A program made the position numbers and the translations under genes. Positions 29,929 to 39,432 of a stretch of DNA of 64,000 nucleotides are shown here, one piece after another. The stretch is from Candidatus Hydrogenedentota bacterium (GTDB taxonomy: Bacteria > Hydrogenedentota > Hydrogenedentia > Hydrogenedentales > SLHB01). How positions within the stretch are numbered: the stretch's first letter is position 1; every line of letters begins with the position of its first letter. The stretch lies in NCBI GenBank assembly GCA_045863335.1, contig BTVY01000002.1, forward strand, positions 96,462 to 160,461, in the 5' to 3' direction. The notes beneath the pieces are model-generated. The model worked only from the letters and a program-made list of their open reading frames with translations. It was not told where the DNA came from and did not search any database.

Positions 29929-30859
29929 AATCCCCCTCCGACCAATTCAAAACGGTAGCGGTTCCGTTGGCTACTTGCACCGTAGCCTTCGAAACCGCGC
30001 GTACCTTACCTTGCCGCAATGTCGCAAACCCGGTGATTGTAAAGTACTCCGATTCAAACTTGCAAAACCGGGCGATGGGTTCGAGATCGTTCATGCGAAC
30101 ACCGGTGACCGAGGCAATCTCCTCGACACTTCGGAACCGGCGGTCGTCGGCGGTTTCCATCTCGCCATCGGCCCCGGCACGATAGGAGAGGACCACGGCC
30201 GCGACGGCAGGGTCCAGGTCGGGCAAGGATTCGAGCACTTCTCGCGGGGCCGTGTTGACGTTGACGCGGCCGTCGCCGTAGATGGTGAAGAGATCCCGTA
30301 ACCCGGGACGGTCTTTCGAACCGTACCAGTCCGAGTCACTGATTCCTTCGAGGAGACGGGCCTCGTCGATAGCCAGGAAGGGCATGGGCTCGTCGTTGCC
30401 CAAAGGACCGCCACGGCGGCGGAGGATCGCGGATACCGTGGTGAAGCTGAGGATATCGATCTCGTCAAAGATTTCTCGCGGCGCCGTATTCAATGAGATC
30501 TTGCCCTCCGCGTCCTCCACAGTGAAGGTGACCTCATCGTTCTCCAGAAGCGCATCGCTGCCGAGGTCAAAGAAGTTGCCCTCGGTGAGCATGTTTTTCT
30601 GCGTCTGATAAATCGCAATATACGAGTCGCCCCCGTACTGCTCGACGAGTTGCTGTACAAGGGCCTGATTTCGCATATAGGCGATCCCATACTCGACGGC
30701 GCCGCGCGCGAGGTGCTGGGTGCGTGTGTGGTCGATACTCAATGCCGCGGCGCGCTGTTCAAGGAGCGCGCGGCGTCCAAAACCGATCGCAAGCACAGTC
30801 AAAATTGCCAGCATCCAAATGACAGCCACCAACACGAATCCGTGTTCCCCGCGCTTCAT
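29918..30859 (-). CDS. gspK: T2SS minor pseudopilin K
   Basis: G|FVLVAVIW; DAEGKISLNTA; GRVNVNTAPREVL. Confidence 0.9.
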   Translation of the reverse strand: MKRGEHGFVLVAVIWMLAILTVLAIGFGRRALLEQRAAALSIDHTRTQHLARGAVEYGIAYMRNQALVQQLVEQYGGDSYIAIYQTQKNMLTEGNFFDLGSDALLENDEVTFTVEDAEGKISLNTAPREIFDEIDILSFTTVSAILRRRGGPLGNDEPMPFLAIDEARLLEGISDSDWYGSKDRPGLRDLFTIYGDGRVNVNTAPREVLESLPDLDPAVAAVVLSYRAGADGEMETADDRRFRSVEEIASVTGVRMNDLEPIARFCKFESEYFTITGFATLRQGKVRAVSKATVQVANGTATVLNWSEGDFGS

Positions 30860-31620
30860 TGGAAGGCCCCCCCCTCCGTGTCGATGGATTCTTCTTCCAG
30901 TTCCGTGGTGGCGCCGCGAAAAACGACGAACGTGGAGAAGGTCGTTTCACCGGATTCGCCGTTGTCGTCGAGCAGGGTGAGATCAATGCGAATGCCCTGC
31001 GGGATTCCGGAGCCTTTCGGATGATCGTCGCGCACGATGAACTCCGCCGGTGGAGGCGGACCCTGGTCGGTCGCGTCCTGAACGGTGGTAATGGGCGGAT
31101 TCCAGTAGTATCGTAGTTCGAAGTTTTTCACGCCATAGGCGAGTTCGAAATCCTTTTCCGCGGCCATCTTGATAATGGTGCGATCGATCTCCCCTTCCCC
31201 GGGCGGCGCGGACGGAAGCGGGCTCTTGACCAACCGTTCCTCGCGAAGGAGAATCCGGCCCTCGCCGTCAGGATCTTTTCGCGTGCGGTAATGAATCTGG
31301 ATGACCTGCGGCCTCGAATCCTCGTCCACGTCCAGCGGCGGCGACACGGCGAAGAAGGTGAAGTCGTCATTGCTGCCCTCAACGAGGTGAGCCGTGCCGG
31401 GAATCACGTTCTGGAGTTCCTGGGTCATGATGCTGAGGGCGGTGCGCGCATCCTGGTACGTTGCGATATTCGCTTCCCCGAGACGCCAGAGCCGGACGGT
31501 GGAGCTGAAACACAGAAAGACGCCGCTCATCACGATCGTGAGCAACATACATGCCACGAGAAGTTCGGCCAGGGTAAACCCCGCCTCACCGTTTCGGGAA
31601 TTGGTAACCAGCTTCTTCAT
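30856..31620 (-). CDS. gspJ: T2SS minor pseudopilin J-like
   Basis: G|FTLAELLVA; C-terminal PQGIRIDL; position before gspK. Confidence 0.75.
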   Translation of the reverse strand: MKKLVTNSRNGEAGFTLAELLVACMLLTIVMSGVFLCFSSTVRLWRLGEANIATYQDARTALSIMTQELQNVIPGTAHLVEGSNDDFTFFAVSPPLDVDEDSRPQVIQIHYRTRKDPDGEGRILLREERLVKSPLPSAPPGEGEIDRTIIKMAAEKDFELAYGVKNFELRYYWNPPITTVQDATDQGPPPPAEFIVRDDHPKGSGIPQGIRIDLTLLDDNGESGETTFSTFVVFRGATTELEEESIDTEGGAFQ

Positions 31621-32443
31621 CCTCTTTCGTGTACACTTGGTCGGGCGACACGAGGGTTTCCAGGGATCGCTCGAAGGCGCGACCCGCTCGCGACCACGAG
31701 ACGGTCACATGAATCTTGCCGAGATACGGCACGGGATACTCCACGGGTTGCGCGAGCGTGGCCGTGGCAAGCGGCGGCAGTTCCGGCTGCGGAACGGGCA
31801 CCGTAGATACGTTCCACCGGTATGAAAACTGGGGATGGTCATCGCCGAAACCACCCGATTGCGAGGCGCCCTCGATTAGCGCCCGTTGCAGTTCAAGGTC
31901 GGACATGACCTGCTCAAGCAGAAATCGCGCGGTGGTGAAATCGCGCGCCATGGCGCGGGTTATCAGGGCTTCCTGCATGGCGCGGTTGACTGCTACGCCA
32001 CCGATACTGAGCACCATCAGCGCGACCATGGTCTCCACGAGGATCCAGCCGGCGCAGGATTGGATTCGGCGCGCGGCGATAGATCGCTGGTTGTGGCATG
32101 GAGATGGGAAGAACATCCCCCTTGATCCCCCTTCAAAGGGGGAGTTAATCGATCCCAAGCCACTGGTGAGTATAGCTCGCCGCTGAGTCGACTTGAAGGT
32201 AGTGGCAACGTTCACAACGCTTAGCATTGAGAGTTGCTCAGTCGATTGCTGTACTTCGGAGCGACAGCGCGACCTGATAACTGACACGTTCAAACTGCGC
32301 AATTCCCCCTTTGAAGGGGGATTAAGGGGGATGTTCCTGATGCATTGGCGATCGCCTTCCGCTTTCGCCGATGGCATGGAGAACTCAGACCTGAGAGGTA
32401 CCGGTTTCATAGACCCAAGGGTTTGTAAATCGCGGTGCGTCAT
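31586..32443 (-). CDS. gspI: T2SS minor pseudopilin I-like with element-expanded leader
   Basis: G|WILVETMVAL, GGFG..FSYRW, IHVTVSW; ATG 32443 overlaps the gspH stop; alternative ATG 32116 lies inside the repeat arm. Confidence 0.75.
   Translation of the reverse strand: MTHRDLQTLGSMKPVPLRSEFSMPSAKAEGDRQCIRNIPLNPPSKGELRSLNVSVIRSRCRSEVQQSTEQLSMLSVVNVATTFKSTQRRAILTSGLGSINSPFEGGSRGMFFPSPCHNQRSIAARRIQSCAGWILVETMVALMVLSIGGVAVNRAMQEALITRAMARDFTTARFLLEQVMSDLELQRALIEGASQSGGFGDDHPQFSYRWNVSTVPVPQPELPPLATATLAQPVEYPVPYLGKIHVTVSWSRAGRAFERSLETLVSPDQVYTKEDEEAGYQFPKR
32111..32336. repeat. Inverted-arm palindromic element, copy B (in gspI leader)
   Basis: GAACATCCCCCTTGATCCCCCTTCAAAGGGGGAGTT ... AATTCCCCCTTTGAAGGGGGATTAAGGGGGATGTTC. 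Confidence 0.9.
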
Positions 32444-33120
32444 TCCGATTTTACCTCGAAACGGCCGAGGCGGCCTTTGGTTTCCAGTTCGAGGTCGTCT
32501 CCGTCGGCGGTTTCCATCTTGATGGTTGCGTAGTCGCAGGCGCCGGTGCCGTAGAACGAAATGAAGTGGGCTTCACGGTCCCTGTCGAAACGCGCCTTGG
32601 GCCGCTCGAACCCGATCCCTTCGGGGAGTTGCTTTACTTCCACCGGACCTTCGTCTAGATTGGCGAATTGCTTTACCCCTTCAGCGTCATTGTACTGGCG
32701 CATGACCCAATACTCGCGCGACTCTTCGCGCATGTAGAACCGGTATTCGGTGCCGTCAGTGATGGCGCGTTCCTGGGCGTACTTGAGGTAGGCCACGAAA
32801 TCGCGGGTGGCGCGGTCCTGGCGGACGCGCGTAAGTGATCCCTGGTAGATGGGCACGACGGCGGCGGTCAGCAGGGCGATGATAGTCATCACCACGATGA
32901 GTTCGATGAGCGTGAAGCCGGTTGAACGGGAAGAAGAACATCCCCCTTTGTCCCCCTTCAAAGGGGGAATTCTGCTATTCGGGTCCCTCGATAATGGGGC
33001 AGCCCTGTGCATTGAAACGTCTGCGCCGTATGCCGCGCGTGCGCCGCGAAGCGGCTGCGCCCATTCCCCCTTTGAAGGGGGACCAAGGGGGATGTTGGTC
33101 TTTGGCATCTGGGACGTCAT
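32440..33120 (-). CDS. gspH: T2SS minor pseudopilin H/FimT-like with element-expanded leader
   Basis: GGAG-N5-ATG at 33120; G|FTLIELIVV after 68 residues; LKYAQERAI, ISFYGTG. Confidence 0.8.
   Translation of the reverse strand: MTSQMPKTNIPLGPPSKGEWAQPLRGARAAYGADVSMHRAAPLSRDPNSRIPPLKGDKGGCSSSRSTGFTLIELIVVMTIIALLTAAVVPIYQGSLTRVRQDRATRDFVAYLKYAQERAITDGTEYRFYMREESREYWVMRQYNDAEGVKQFANLDEGPVEVKQLPEGIGFERPKARFDRDREAHFISFYGTGACDYATIKMETADGDDLELETKGRLGRFEVKSE
32936..33096. repeat. Inverted-arm palindromic element, copy C (in gspH leader)
   Basis: GAACATCCCCCTTTGTCCCCCTTCAAAGGGGGAAT ... ATTCCCCCTTTGAAGGGGGACCAAGGGGGATGTT. Confidence 0.9.
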
Positions 33121-33161
33121 GTTGACTCCGAAGTCCTCACTGCCTGATGGCCGTCGGGTTG

Positions 33162-33557
33162 CTACTCCGCGATGGTGCTGGCGTTGGTATCCCAAACGGA
33201 GATGTCGTCCGCGGTGCCGGACTGCGCGTCCTGGCCACGGGAGTAGAGATCGTACTTGTTCTTCTTGCCGGGATAGGCGAACACGTACGGGTTACCCCAG
33301 GGATCTTTCTCCAGCTTAATCACGTATTCTTTCTTACCGCCGACGAGTACGTCCAGGGATTTGGGATACTGATCGTTGTGTTCCAGCGCGTAGGCTTCGA
33401 CAGCTCGTTGATACACCGCCAGATCGGCGCGGGCGCGCGTGATCCGGGCCTCCGTGCCACGCCCGGCGACACTGATGGTCACCATGCCGGCGAGAATGCC
33501 GATTATGACCATGACCAAAATGAGTTCCAGCAGGGTAAACCCGCCTGATGCCTTCAT
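33162..33557 (-). CDS. gspG: T2SS major pseudopilin G
   Basis: GGAGG RBS; MKASGG|FTLLELILV; DPWGNPY; YDLYSRG.D...GTADDI. Confidence 0.92.
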   Translation of the reverse strand: MKASGGFTLLELILVMVIIGILAGMVTISVAGRGTEARITRARADLAVYQRAVEAYALEHNDQYPKSLDVLVGGKKEYVIKLEKDPWGNPYVFAYPGKKNKYDLYSRGQDAQSGTADDISVWDTNASTIAE

Positions 33558-33596
33558 CGTTTTTTCCTCCACCTCTATCGTGCGGGTTGTGCGCCG

Positions 33597-34808
33597 CTAT
33601 ACGACGTTTGCGCTCAGTGTCAACATGGGATACAGCATGGAAATCACCAGCACGCCCACGACGATCGCCATGATGACAATCAGGATGGGCTCGAGCAAGG
33701 CGGTCATCGCGCGGACGGCGCGCTCCACTTCCACGTCGTAGGCGTCGGCCATTCGCTTCGTGACCGCGCCGACGCGACCGCTTTCTTCGCCGACGGCGAA
33801 CATGTTGCACACCATGGGCGGAAAGTGGCGCGTTTGTTCAAGACCGGAACTGATGCTGTCGCCCTCGGCAACGCGTTCCTGCACGATGCCGACTTCCTGG
33901 GCGATCACCTTGTTACCAAGCGTCTCCACCGTGATTCGCAGGGATTGGAGAATCGGCACGCCGTTGTCGAGCAGGGTTCCGAGGGTACGCGCAAACTGCG
34001 CCATGACGTACTTTTGGACCACGGTGCGGAGCACGGGCACGCGCAAGATGAGTTCATCGAACTGCATGCGTCCGTTTTCGCTGCGGTACCACGACACCAG
34101 GCCGCCGGCAATCGCTGCAAGGAGCAACAAGACAAGCCACCAGAATTTTCCCATGAATCCGCAAATCGCAAGAACGACGACGGTGATCAAAGGAAGGGTA
34201 GCGTCGAAATCGTCGAAGACTTCCTGAAACATAGGGAACACGAAAGAGACCATGATGAATATGGCGACGGACCCCATCAGTAACAAGAAGGCCGGGTAGA
34301 CCATGGCCGAAACGGCTTTGCCGCGGAGTTCCTCGTCCTGTTCGCCGAAGTTGACGATGCGCCAAAGGACCTCTTCCAGCATGCCGCCAGATTCTCCGGC
34401 TCGAACGAGGCTGCATTGCATGGCGTTGAACTGTTTAGGGTGCCGCTCCAGGGCCTCCGCGAAGGTGCTGCCTTTCTGCACTTCGTCGCGCAATTGATCG
34501 ATGACGGCCACAAGCTTGGCGTTCTCCGTCTGCTGCACGAGAGTGGCGAGGGCGCGTGTCAGCGGCATGCCGGAATCGAGCAGGGTCGCGAGCTGGCGGA
34601 AGAAGATGTTCCGGTCTTTCTGCCGGATACGAATGAGCGCGCGCCGGAGGGAGTCTTTCTTTTCCTCGCCGGTGTATTCTTCGATGGAGATGGGGAAATA
34701 GCCCATCTCGCGCAGACGGCTCAGGGCTGCGCGACGGCTCTCCGCTTCCAGGACGCCCGTCGATGCTTCGCCGGGACCTTTCTTGACCTCATACTGAAAC
34801 TGGGGCAT
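33597..34808 (-). CDS. gspF: T2SS inner-membrane platform protein F
   Basis: FFRQLATLLDSG, AGESGG.L, FARTLGTLL, GEESG, LLEP. Confidence 0.95.
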   Translation of the reverse strand: MPQFQYEVKKGPGEASTGVLEAESRRAALSRLREMGYFPISIEEYTGEEKKDSLRRALIRIRQKDRNIFFRQLATLLDSGMPLTRALATLVQQTENAKLVAVIDQLRDEVQKGSTFAEALERHPKQFNAMQCSLVRAGESGGMLEEVLWRIVNFGEQDEELRGKAVSAMVYPAFLLLMGSVAIFIMVSFVFPMFQEVFDDFDATLPLITVVVLAICGFMGKFWWLVLLLLAAIAGGLVSWYRSENGRMQFDELILRVPVLRTVVQKYVMAQFARTLGTLLDNGVPILQSLRITVETLGNKVIAQEVGIVQERVAEGDSISSGLEQTRHFPPMVCNMFAVGEESGRVGAVTKRMADAYDVEVERAVRAMTALLEPILIVIMAIVVGVLVISMLYPMLTLSANVV

Positions 34809-36561
34809 GTTCCGCCTCGCTGCCGTCGAGCAGGTCGGACTCGGCGGTCACGCGGACCACTTCTTCGAAGGTCGTCCGGCCCTGACAAACGCGCATCCAA
34901 CCGGATTGACGCAGGGTGCGCATCCCCAACTCCACCGCGCGCCGCTTGATGCGCGTGGACGGCTCGCGCTGGATGGTCATCTCCTTGATGGCATTGGAGA
35001 AGGGCAGAATCTCGTAGATGGCGACGCGCCCGCGATAGCCCGTGTGGCGGCAGTTCTCGCAGCCCGCGCCTTTCTTGAAGGTCGCGCCTGCGGGCGCCTG
35101 CGGCGGCAAGCCCAATTGGGCGTAGTCCGCCGAGGTTGGATCATAGGGCTGAGCGCAGTCGGGGCAAATGCAACGGACGAGACGCTGGGCGATCGACGCG
35201 ATCATCGTGCTCGCGATCAAGAACGGTTCGACGCCCATATCCGTGAGTCGCGTGACCGCGCCGGCGGCGTCGTTCGTGTGGAGCGTGCTGAACACGAGGT
35301 GGCCGGTCAAGCTAGACCGGATGGCCATCTCAGCGGTTTCGTAGTCGCGGACCTCGCCGACGAGCATGATATCAGGATCGTGCCGAAGCATGGAGCGCAG
35401 CGCGGCGGTGAAATCGAAACCGATCTGAGACAGCACCTGCATCTGGGTAATACCCTTGAGCTGGTACTCGATGGGATCCTCGATGGTAATGATCTTGTGC
35501 TCGAGCTTATTGAGCTTGCTCAGGGCTGCGTAAAGCGTCGTGGTTTTTCCGCTACCGGTTGGCCCGGTGACAAGAATCATCCCATGAGGGCGCTGGATAA
35601 AGTTGTTGAAGAGATCCAAATCCTCTTTCATGAAACCGAGTTCTTCGAGGGTCATGAACATGGAGGACCGGTTAAGGATTCGGAGATTCACCGATTCCCC
35701 ATGGGGCGTGGGCAATACGGAGACGCGAAGGTCAAACTGTTCGTCACCGAGCGCCGCGCGGATCTTGCCGTCTTGCGGAAGCCGCTTCTCCGCGATGTTC
35801 AGGTTGGCCATAATCTTGATGCGTGAGACGATGGCGGGATGAAACCCGCGGATCGTCGGCGGCGTCGGTACCGGGTGCAACACCCCGTCCACGCGGAAGC
35901 GCACGCGCAACTGGTCCTCGAAGGGCTCCATGTGAATGTCCGTGGCGCCGGTCTTGATGGCTTCGGCGAGCAGTTCGTTCACGAACTTGATGATGCTGGC
36001 GTCGATCTGGTCGTCGCCGAGATTCATTCCCGCAGTGCTGGAATCAAGGCTCAGGACGGTGCCCACACTTTCATTGTCGCTTAAGATGCGTTCGACCGTG
36101 TCGGCGCCGACGCCGTAAAGGGCCTTGATGGCGCGGGTGATTTCGTCGGGAGTGGCGACCACGGGTTCGATGCGCTTCTTGAGAACGAGACGGATGTCAT
36201 CAAGCAATTGGTGGTTCAGGGGCTCGCAGATGGCCACCACGATCGTGCCGTTCCGGTCTTCCAGGGGGACAAAGTTGTAGTGGGTCACGTAACGCGCCGG
36301 AATCCTGGAGACAATCGATTCCGGAACGTCCATGCGCGACGGTACGACGAACCGCAACTCGCAGAACTCGGCGAGGGCGCGATAGACGGCTTCCTGGGTG
36401 GCACAGCCGGATTGGACGAGCGTATCCGCCAAAGACATGCCACGGCTGGCCGCCTCCTGCTTGATCTGGGCGAGGCGTGTTTCGTCCACGACGCCGTTAC
36501 GTACGAGTTGTTTCTCAAAGGCCAGTTCGCCAGGCACAGTCAAATCTCCGAAAAACTCCAC
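34789..36561 (-). CDS. gspE: T2SS/T4P assembly ATPase
   Basis: TDIHMEP, EKRLPQDG, GPTGSGKTT, LRHDPD, TGHLVFSTLHTND, two CxxC. Confidence 0.95.
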   Translation of the reverse strand: MEFFGDLTVPGELAFEKQLVRNGVVDETRLAQIKQEAASRGMSLADTLVQSGCATQEAVYRALAEFCELRFVVPSRMDVPESIVSRIPARYVTHYNFVPLEDRNGTIVVAICEPLNHQLLDDIRLVLKKRIEPVVATPDEITRAIKALYGVGADTVERILSDNESVGTVLSLDSSTAGMNLGDDQIDASIIKFVNELLAEAIKTGATDIHMEPFEDQLRVRFRVDGVLHPVPTPPTIRGFHPAIVSRIKIMANLNIAEKRLPQDGKIRAALGDEQFDLRVSVLPTPHGESVNLRILNRSSMFMTLEELGFMKEDLDLFNNFIQRPHGMILVTGPTGSGKTTTLYAALSKLNKLEHKIITIEDPIEYQLKGITQMQVLSQIGFDFTAALRSMLRHDPDIMLVGEVRDYETAEMAIRSSLTGHLVFSTLHTNDAAGAVTRLTDMGVEPFLIASTMIASIAQRLVRCICPDCAQPYDPTSADYAQLGLPPQAPAGATFKKGAGCENCRHTGYRGRVAIYEILPFSNAIKEMTIQREPSTRIKRRAVELGMRTLRQSGWMRVCQGRTTFEEVVRVTAESDLLDGSEAEHAPVSV

Positions 36562-36642
36562 AAACTCTTTTAATTTCTGAGTTTACCACAGGATGGGCAT
36601 GGTCGCAACCGGGAAAAGGAAGAACGACGAACAGGACTCCGC

Positions 36643-37695
36643 TCAGTCCGTGGCCGGAAGCGATTCCAGCGCATCGGTCGCACGCTTCGCGACAACCGGC
36701 GTCTCGGACGCTTCGGCCTTCCGGTAATATTGCTCCGCCGCGGCAAAGTTTCGGAAGTCGTCGCGGTACAGATCGCCGATTTTCAGGTCCAAGAGCGCGA
36801 TAGTTTCGGGACTCTCGCACCGGGTCCGGGCGATTTCCATTCCGACGAGGTACGCGGTCTGCACATCATCCGCTTGGATCTCCTCCATCAAGGCGTAGCC
36901 CATGCTTTCAGCGGCCAGATCCGCGACGAAGGTTCCGGGGTTTTCCGCGATGACCTGTTCGAGCCCGTCGATCGCATCATCCCGCCCGCGCATGGCGATT
37001 GCGATCGCGTCAAGCGGTTTGAAATCATCCTTGGCGGCCTCGGCCAACAGTTCCCGGCGTTGGACGACACGGTGCTGGGCCGGTTCGGCGCCGCCGCTCC
37101 GGTAGTAGATCGCCACAAGCGCATCATACGCGGCAAGGGCCTCCTCGTACCGCGCGAGTTCAAACGCGAGATCCGCCAGGCGTAATTGCGCATCTTGAAT
37201 CTGCGGGTCACCGGGTTGCGCCTTGACGCCGGCCACGAGGATTTCGTATGCGCGACCCGGTTGGTTTTCCGCCATGCAGCGGTCGGCTTCCCGAATGGCC
37301 TGGGCCAGCAAGGAACGCGGCCCCCCGGCACCTGAGGCGGAACCGGGCGCAGGAGCCGCGGGGTCCGCATAGTCCGAACGGAACACGGTCGCCGCTACAA
37401 CGACCATGAACACGATGCATGCCGTCGCAAGCACAAAGCGGGCCGTGCCGCGCTCCGGTTGCGGCGTATGCGCCAGGCGAGCATGCAGGATCGGCACAAG
37501 ATCCACATCAAGCGAGGGGACATCCGTGGGGATGGCGTCACTCAGCCGGCGCAATGCTTCGGCGTCGCACCGGAGATCAGTGGATTTCTCCAACGCCCGG
37601 TCGAGTTCATTACGTTCATTCACCGGCAAGGATTCGTAAAAGGATGCTGCAAGCAGTCCTTCCATTCTTCGTCGCTTCCACCACATACGCTTCAC
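36643..37695 (-). CDS. Putative anti-sigma factor with TM helix and periplasmic TPR repeats
   Basis: Directly downstream of the ECF sigma; degenerate anti-sigma N-domain, TM, TPR-like helices. Confidence 0.65.
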   Translation of the reverse strand: MKRMWWKRRRMEGLLAASFYESLPVNERNELDRALEKSTDLRCDAEALRRLSDAIPTDVPSLDVDLVPILHARLAHTPQPERGTARFVLATACIVFMVVVAATVFRSDYADPAAPAPGSASGAGGPRSLLAQAIREADRCMAENQPGRAYEILVAGVKAQPGDPQIQDAQLRLADLAFELARYEEALAAYDALVAIYYRSGGAEPAQHRVVQRRELLAEAAKDDFKPLDAIAIAMRGRDDAIDGLEQVIAENPGTFVADLAAESMGYALMEEIQADDVQTAYLVGMEIARTRCESPETIALLDLKIGDLYRDDFRNFAAAEQYYRKAEASETPVVAKRATDALESLPATD

Positions 37696-37718
37696 TCGAT
37701 TCCCTTGCCGTTTGATAC

Positions 37719-38318
37719 TCAGAGATTACCGGTCTCGTACAAATCCTTCAATTCCACTTGCAACTTCTTCAAGGCCCGGAAGAGATGCACTTTCACGCTG
37801 CCAACGGTGCAGCCCATGGATTCCGCGATCTCGTTCAATTGGAGGCCTTCGTAATGCCGAAGCACGAAGACCGTTTGCTGCGCAGGCGAAAGCACGGCCA
37901 ACGCGTGTCGAACTCGGTCATCAATCTCCTTGGCGCGTACCTGCTCTTCCGTGTTGTGGGCCGCCGATCGGTCGGGCCGATCGCTGAACCCGGTTTCGGG
38001 CTCGAGCGGTTCGTGCCGGCGCCGGTTGCGCCATCGAAGCAGGTCGATGGACTGATTGGTCGTCAGCCGTAACAGCCAAGGCAAGAACCCGCTCGTGGGC
38101 TGCCACGTGTGAATCTTTCGGTACGCTTTGAGGAACACCTCCTGGGCCACGTCCAGCGCATCGTCCCGGTTCCCGGTGACGCGATAGGCGACCGCAAACA
38201 CACGGCCCTGGTGCCGACGGACCAACTCGTCGAACGCCAGTCGATCCCCCGCTTTGAGTGCGAGGGCTAATTCCTCGTCACCCTGCGAAGTTCGGTTCAT
38301 GTCGTTTGCCGCATTCAT
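37719..38318 (-). CDS. ECF RNA polymerase sigma factor
   Basis: DALDVAQEVFLKAY, FLPWLLR, EIAESMGCTVGSVKVHLFRA. Confidence 0.93.
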   Translation of the reverse strand: MNAANDMNRTSQGDEELALALKAGDRLAFDELVRRHQGRVFAVAYRVTGNRDDALDVAQEVFLKAYRKIHTWQPTSGFLPWLLRLTTNQSIDLLRWRNRRRHEPLEPETGFSDRPDRSAAHNTEEQVRAKEIDDRVRHALAVLSPAQQTVFVLRHYEGLQLNEIAESMGCTVGSVKVHLFRALKKLQVELKDLYETGNL

Positions 38319-38373
38319 GTGTTAAACGCAACTGCCCAGAGAAAGGTTTACAGCCATATAGCTTCGCGGGGCA

Positions 38374-39384
38374 TCACGCCACGAATAGATAGTCCTCGCG
38401 CTCCCGATATCCGCGCGGATTGAGATAGGACCGAATTTCCTCACGGGCCCCGGGAGCGCCAACTGCAATGGTAACAAAGACTTGCCCTGGTGGAGGAAGG
38501 CCCTCTGGTGACAACACGTGGAAATCGTGTATCCTCGTCCCAATCTTGCGTGGATTAATGTCGATAACACCTTCCGGCACATAGGTTTTCCATTCCCGCA
38601 ACCAGATCTTGCCAACCTCCCCCGCGCCCCACTGAAAGAACCGGCGCGGCGCCGGCAGGTTACCAAGGTAACTCACTTCAAGATAATGACGTTTGAGCGC
38701 CCGGAATTGTGCCGGGTCATATCGAGGGTGGACCATGGAGTGCCGGTTGTCCCGTTCGTGCCAGTCCAAGAGAACGGCGTCCACCTTAGCGAAGCAATGT
38801 CCCGCGCGCCAGAAACGCATACAGAGGTCATAGTCCTCGGCCCAACCGGCATCACGATAGCCGCCGACCGCGTCGAAGGCATCCCGGCGCATGAAGAAGG
38901 TCGGGTGTGCAATAGGGCACTCCACAAAGATCTCGCGGACGATGGCCTCATGGGTAGTCAGGGCGTTTATCCAGGATTCGTACCGGCGGCGTCCGGAGCC
39001 GACTTGCGCGCCGCACATTTTCACGTGGGTACCGCACAATGCCACGTCCGAATCCGATTCCATGATCGCAAGCTGCCGCGCAATGCGTTCGGGGTGTGCG
39101 ATATCGTCGGCATCCATGCGAGCAATGTAGCGGCCGCGAGCGTGCGCGCAGGCGAGTTGCAGCGCAGCCACGATGCCTCCATGCGCGGTAACCGTCAGGC
39201 GGATTCGGCGGTCACGTTGTGCCCACCGCCGTGCGATATCCGGCGATCCGTCTGTCGAGCCGTCGTCCACCAGTATGAACTCAAAGTCGGAGAATGATTG
39301 GTCGAGAATGGACTGGATGGCGGAATCGAGGGAGTTTGCGGCATTCCACACCGGCATGACGATGGAGATACTGGAAGTATTCAT
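38374..39384 (-). CDS. Glycosyltransferase family 2
   Basis: SIVMPVWN, VDDGSTDGS, ARMDADD, AEDYDL. Confidence 0.9.
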   Translation of the reverse strand: MNTSSISIVMPVWNAANSLDSAIQSILDQSFSDFEFILVDDGSTDGSPDIARRWAQRDRRIRLTVTAHGGIVAALQLACAHARGRYIARMDADDIAHPERIARQLAIMESDSDVALCGTHVKMCGAQVGSGRRRYESWINALTTHEAIVREIFVECPIAHPTFFMRRDAFDAVGGYRDAGWAEDYDLCMRFWRAGHCFAKVDAVLLDWHERDNRHSMVHPRYDPAQFRALKRHYLEVSYLGNLPAPRRFFQWGAGEVGKIWLREWKTYVPEGVIDINPRKIGTRIHDFHVLSPEGLPPPGQVFVTIAVGAPGAREEIRSYLNPRGYREREDYLFVA

Positions 39385-39432
39385 CGGCCGGAGTTGCTCC
39401 TGGGTCAAGGACGGCATGCACGTCGGCACCGC

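Noticed and set aside
28441-36561. Type IV pilus rather than T2SS
   Set aside because: GspG- and GspK-specific motifs are present and no PilT is in the cluster
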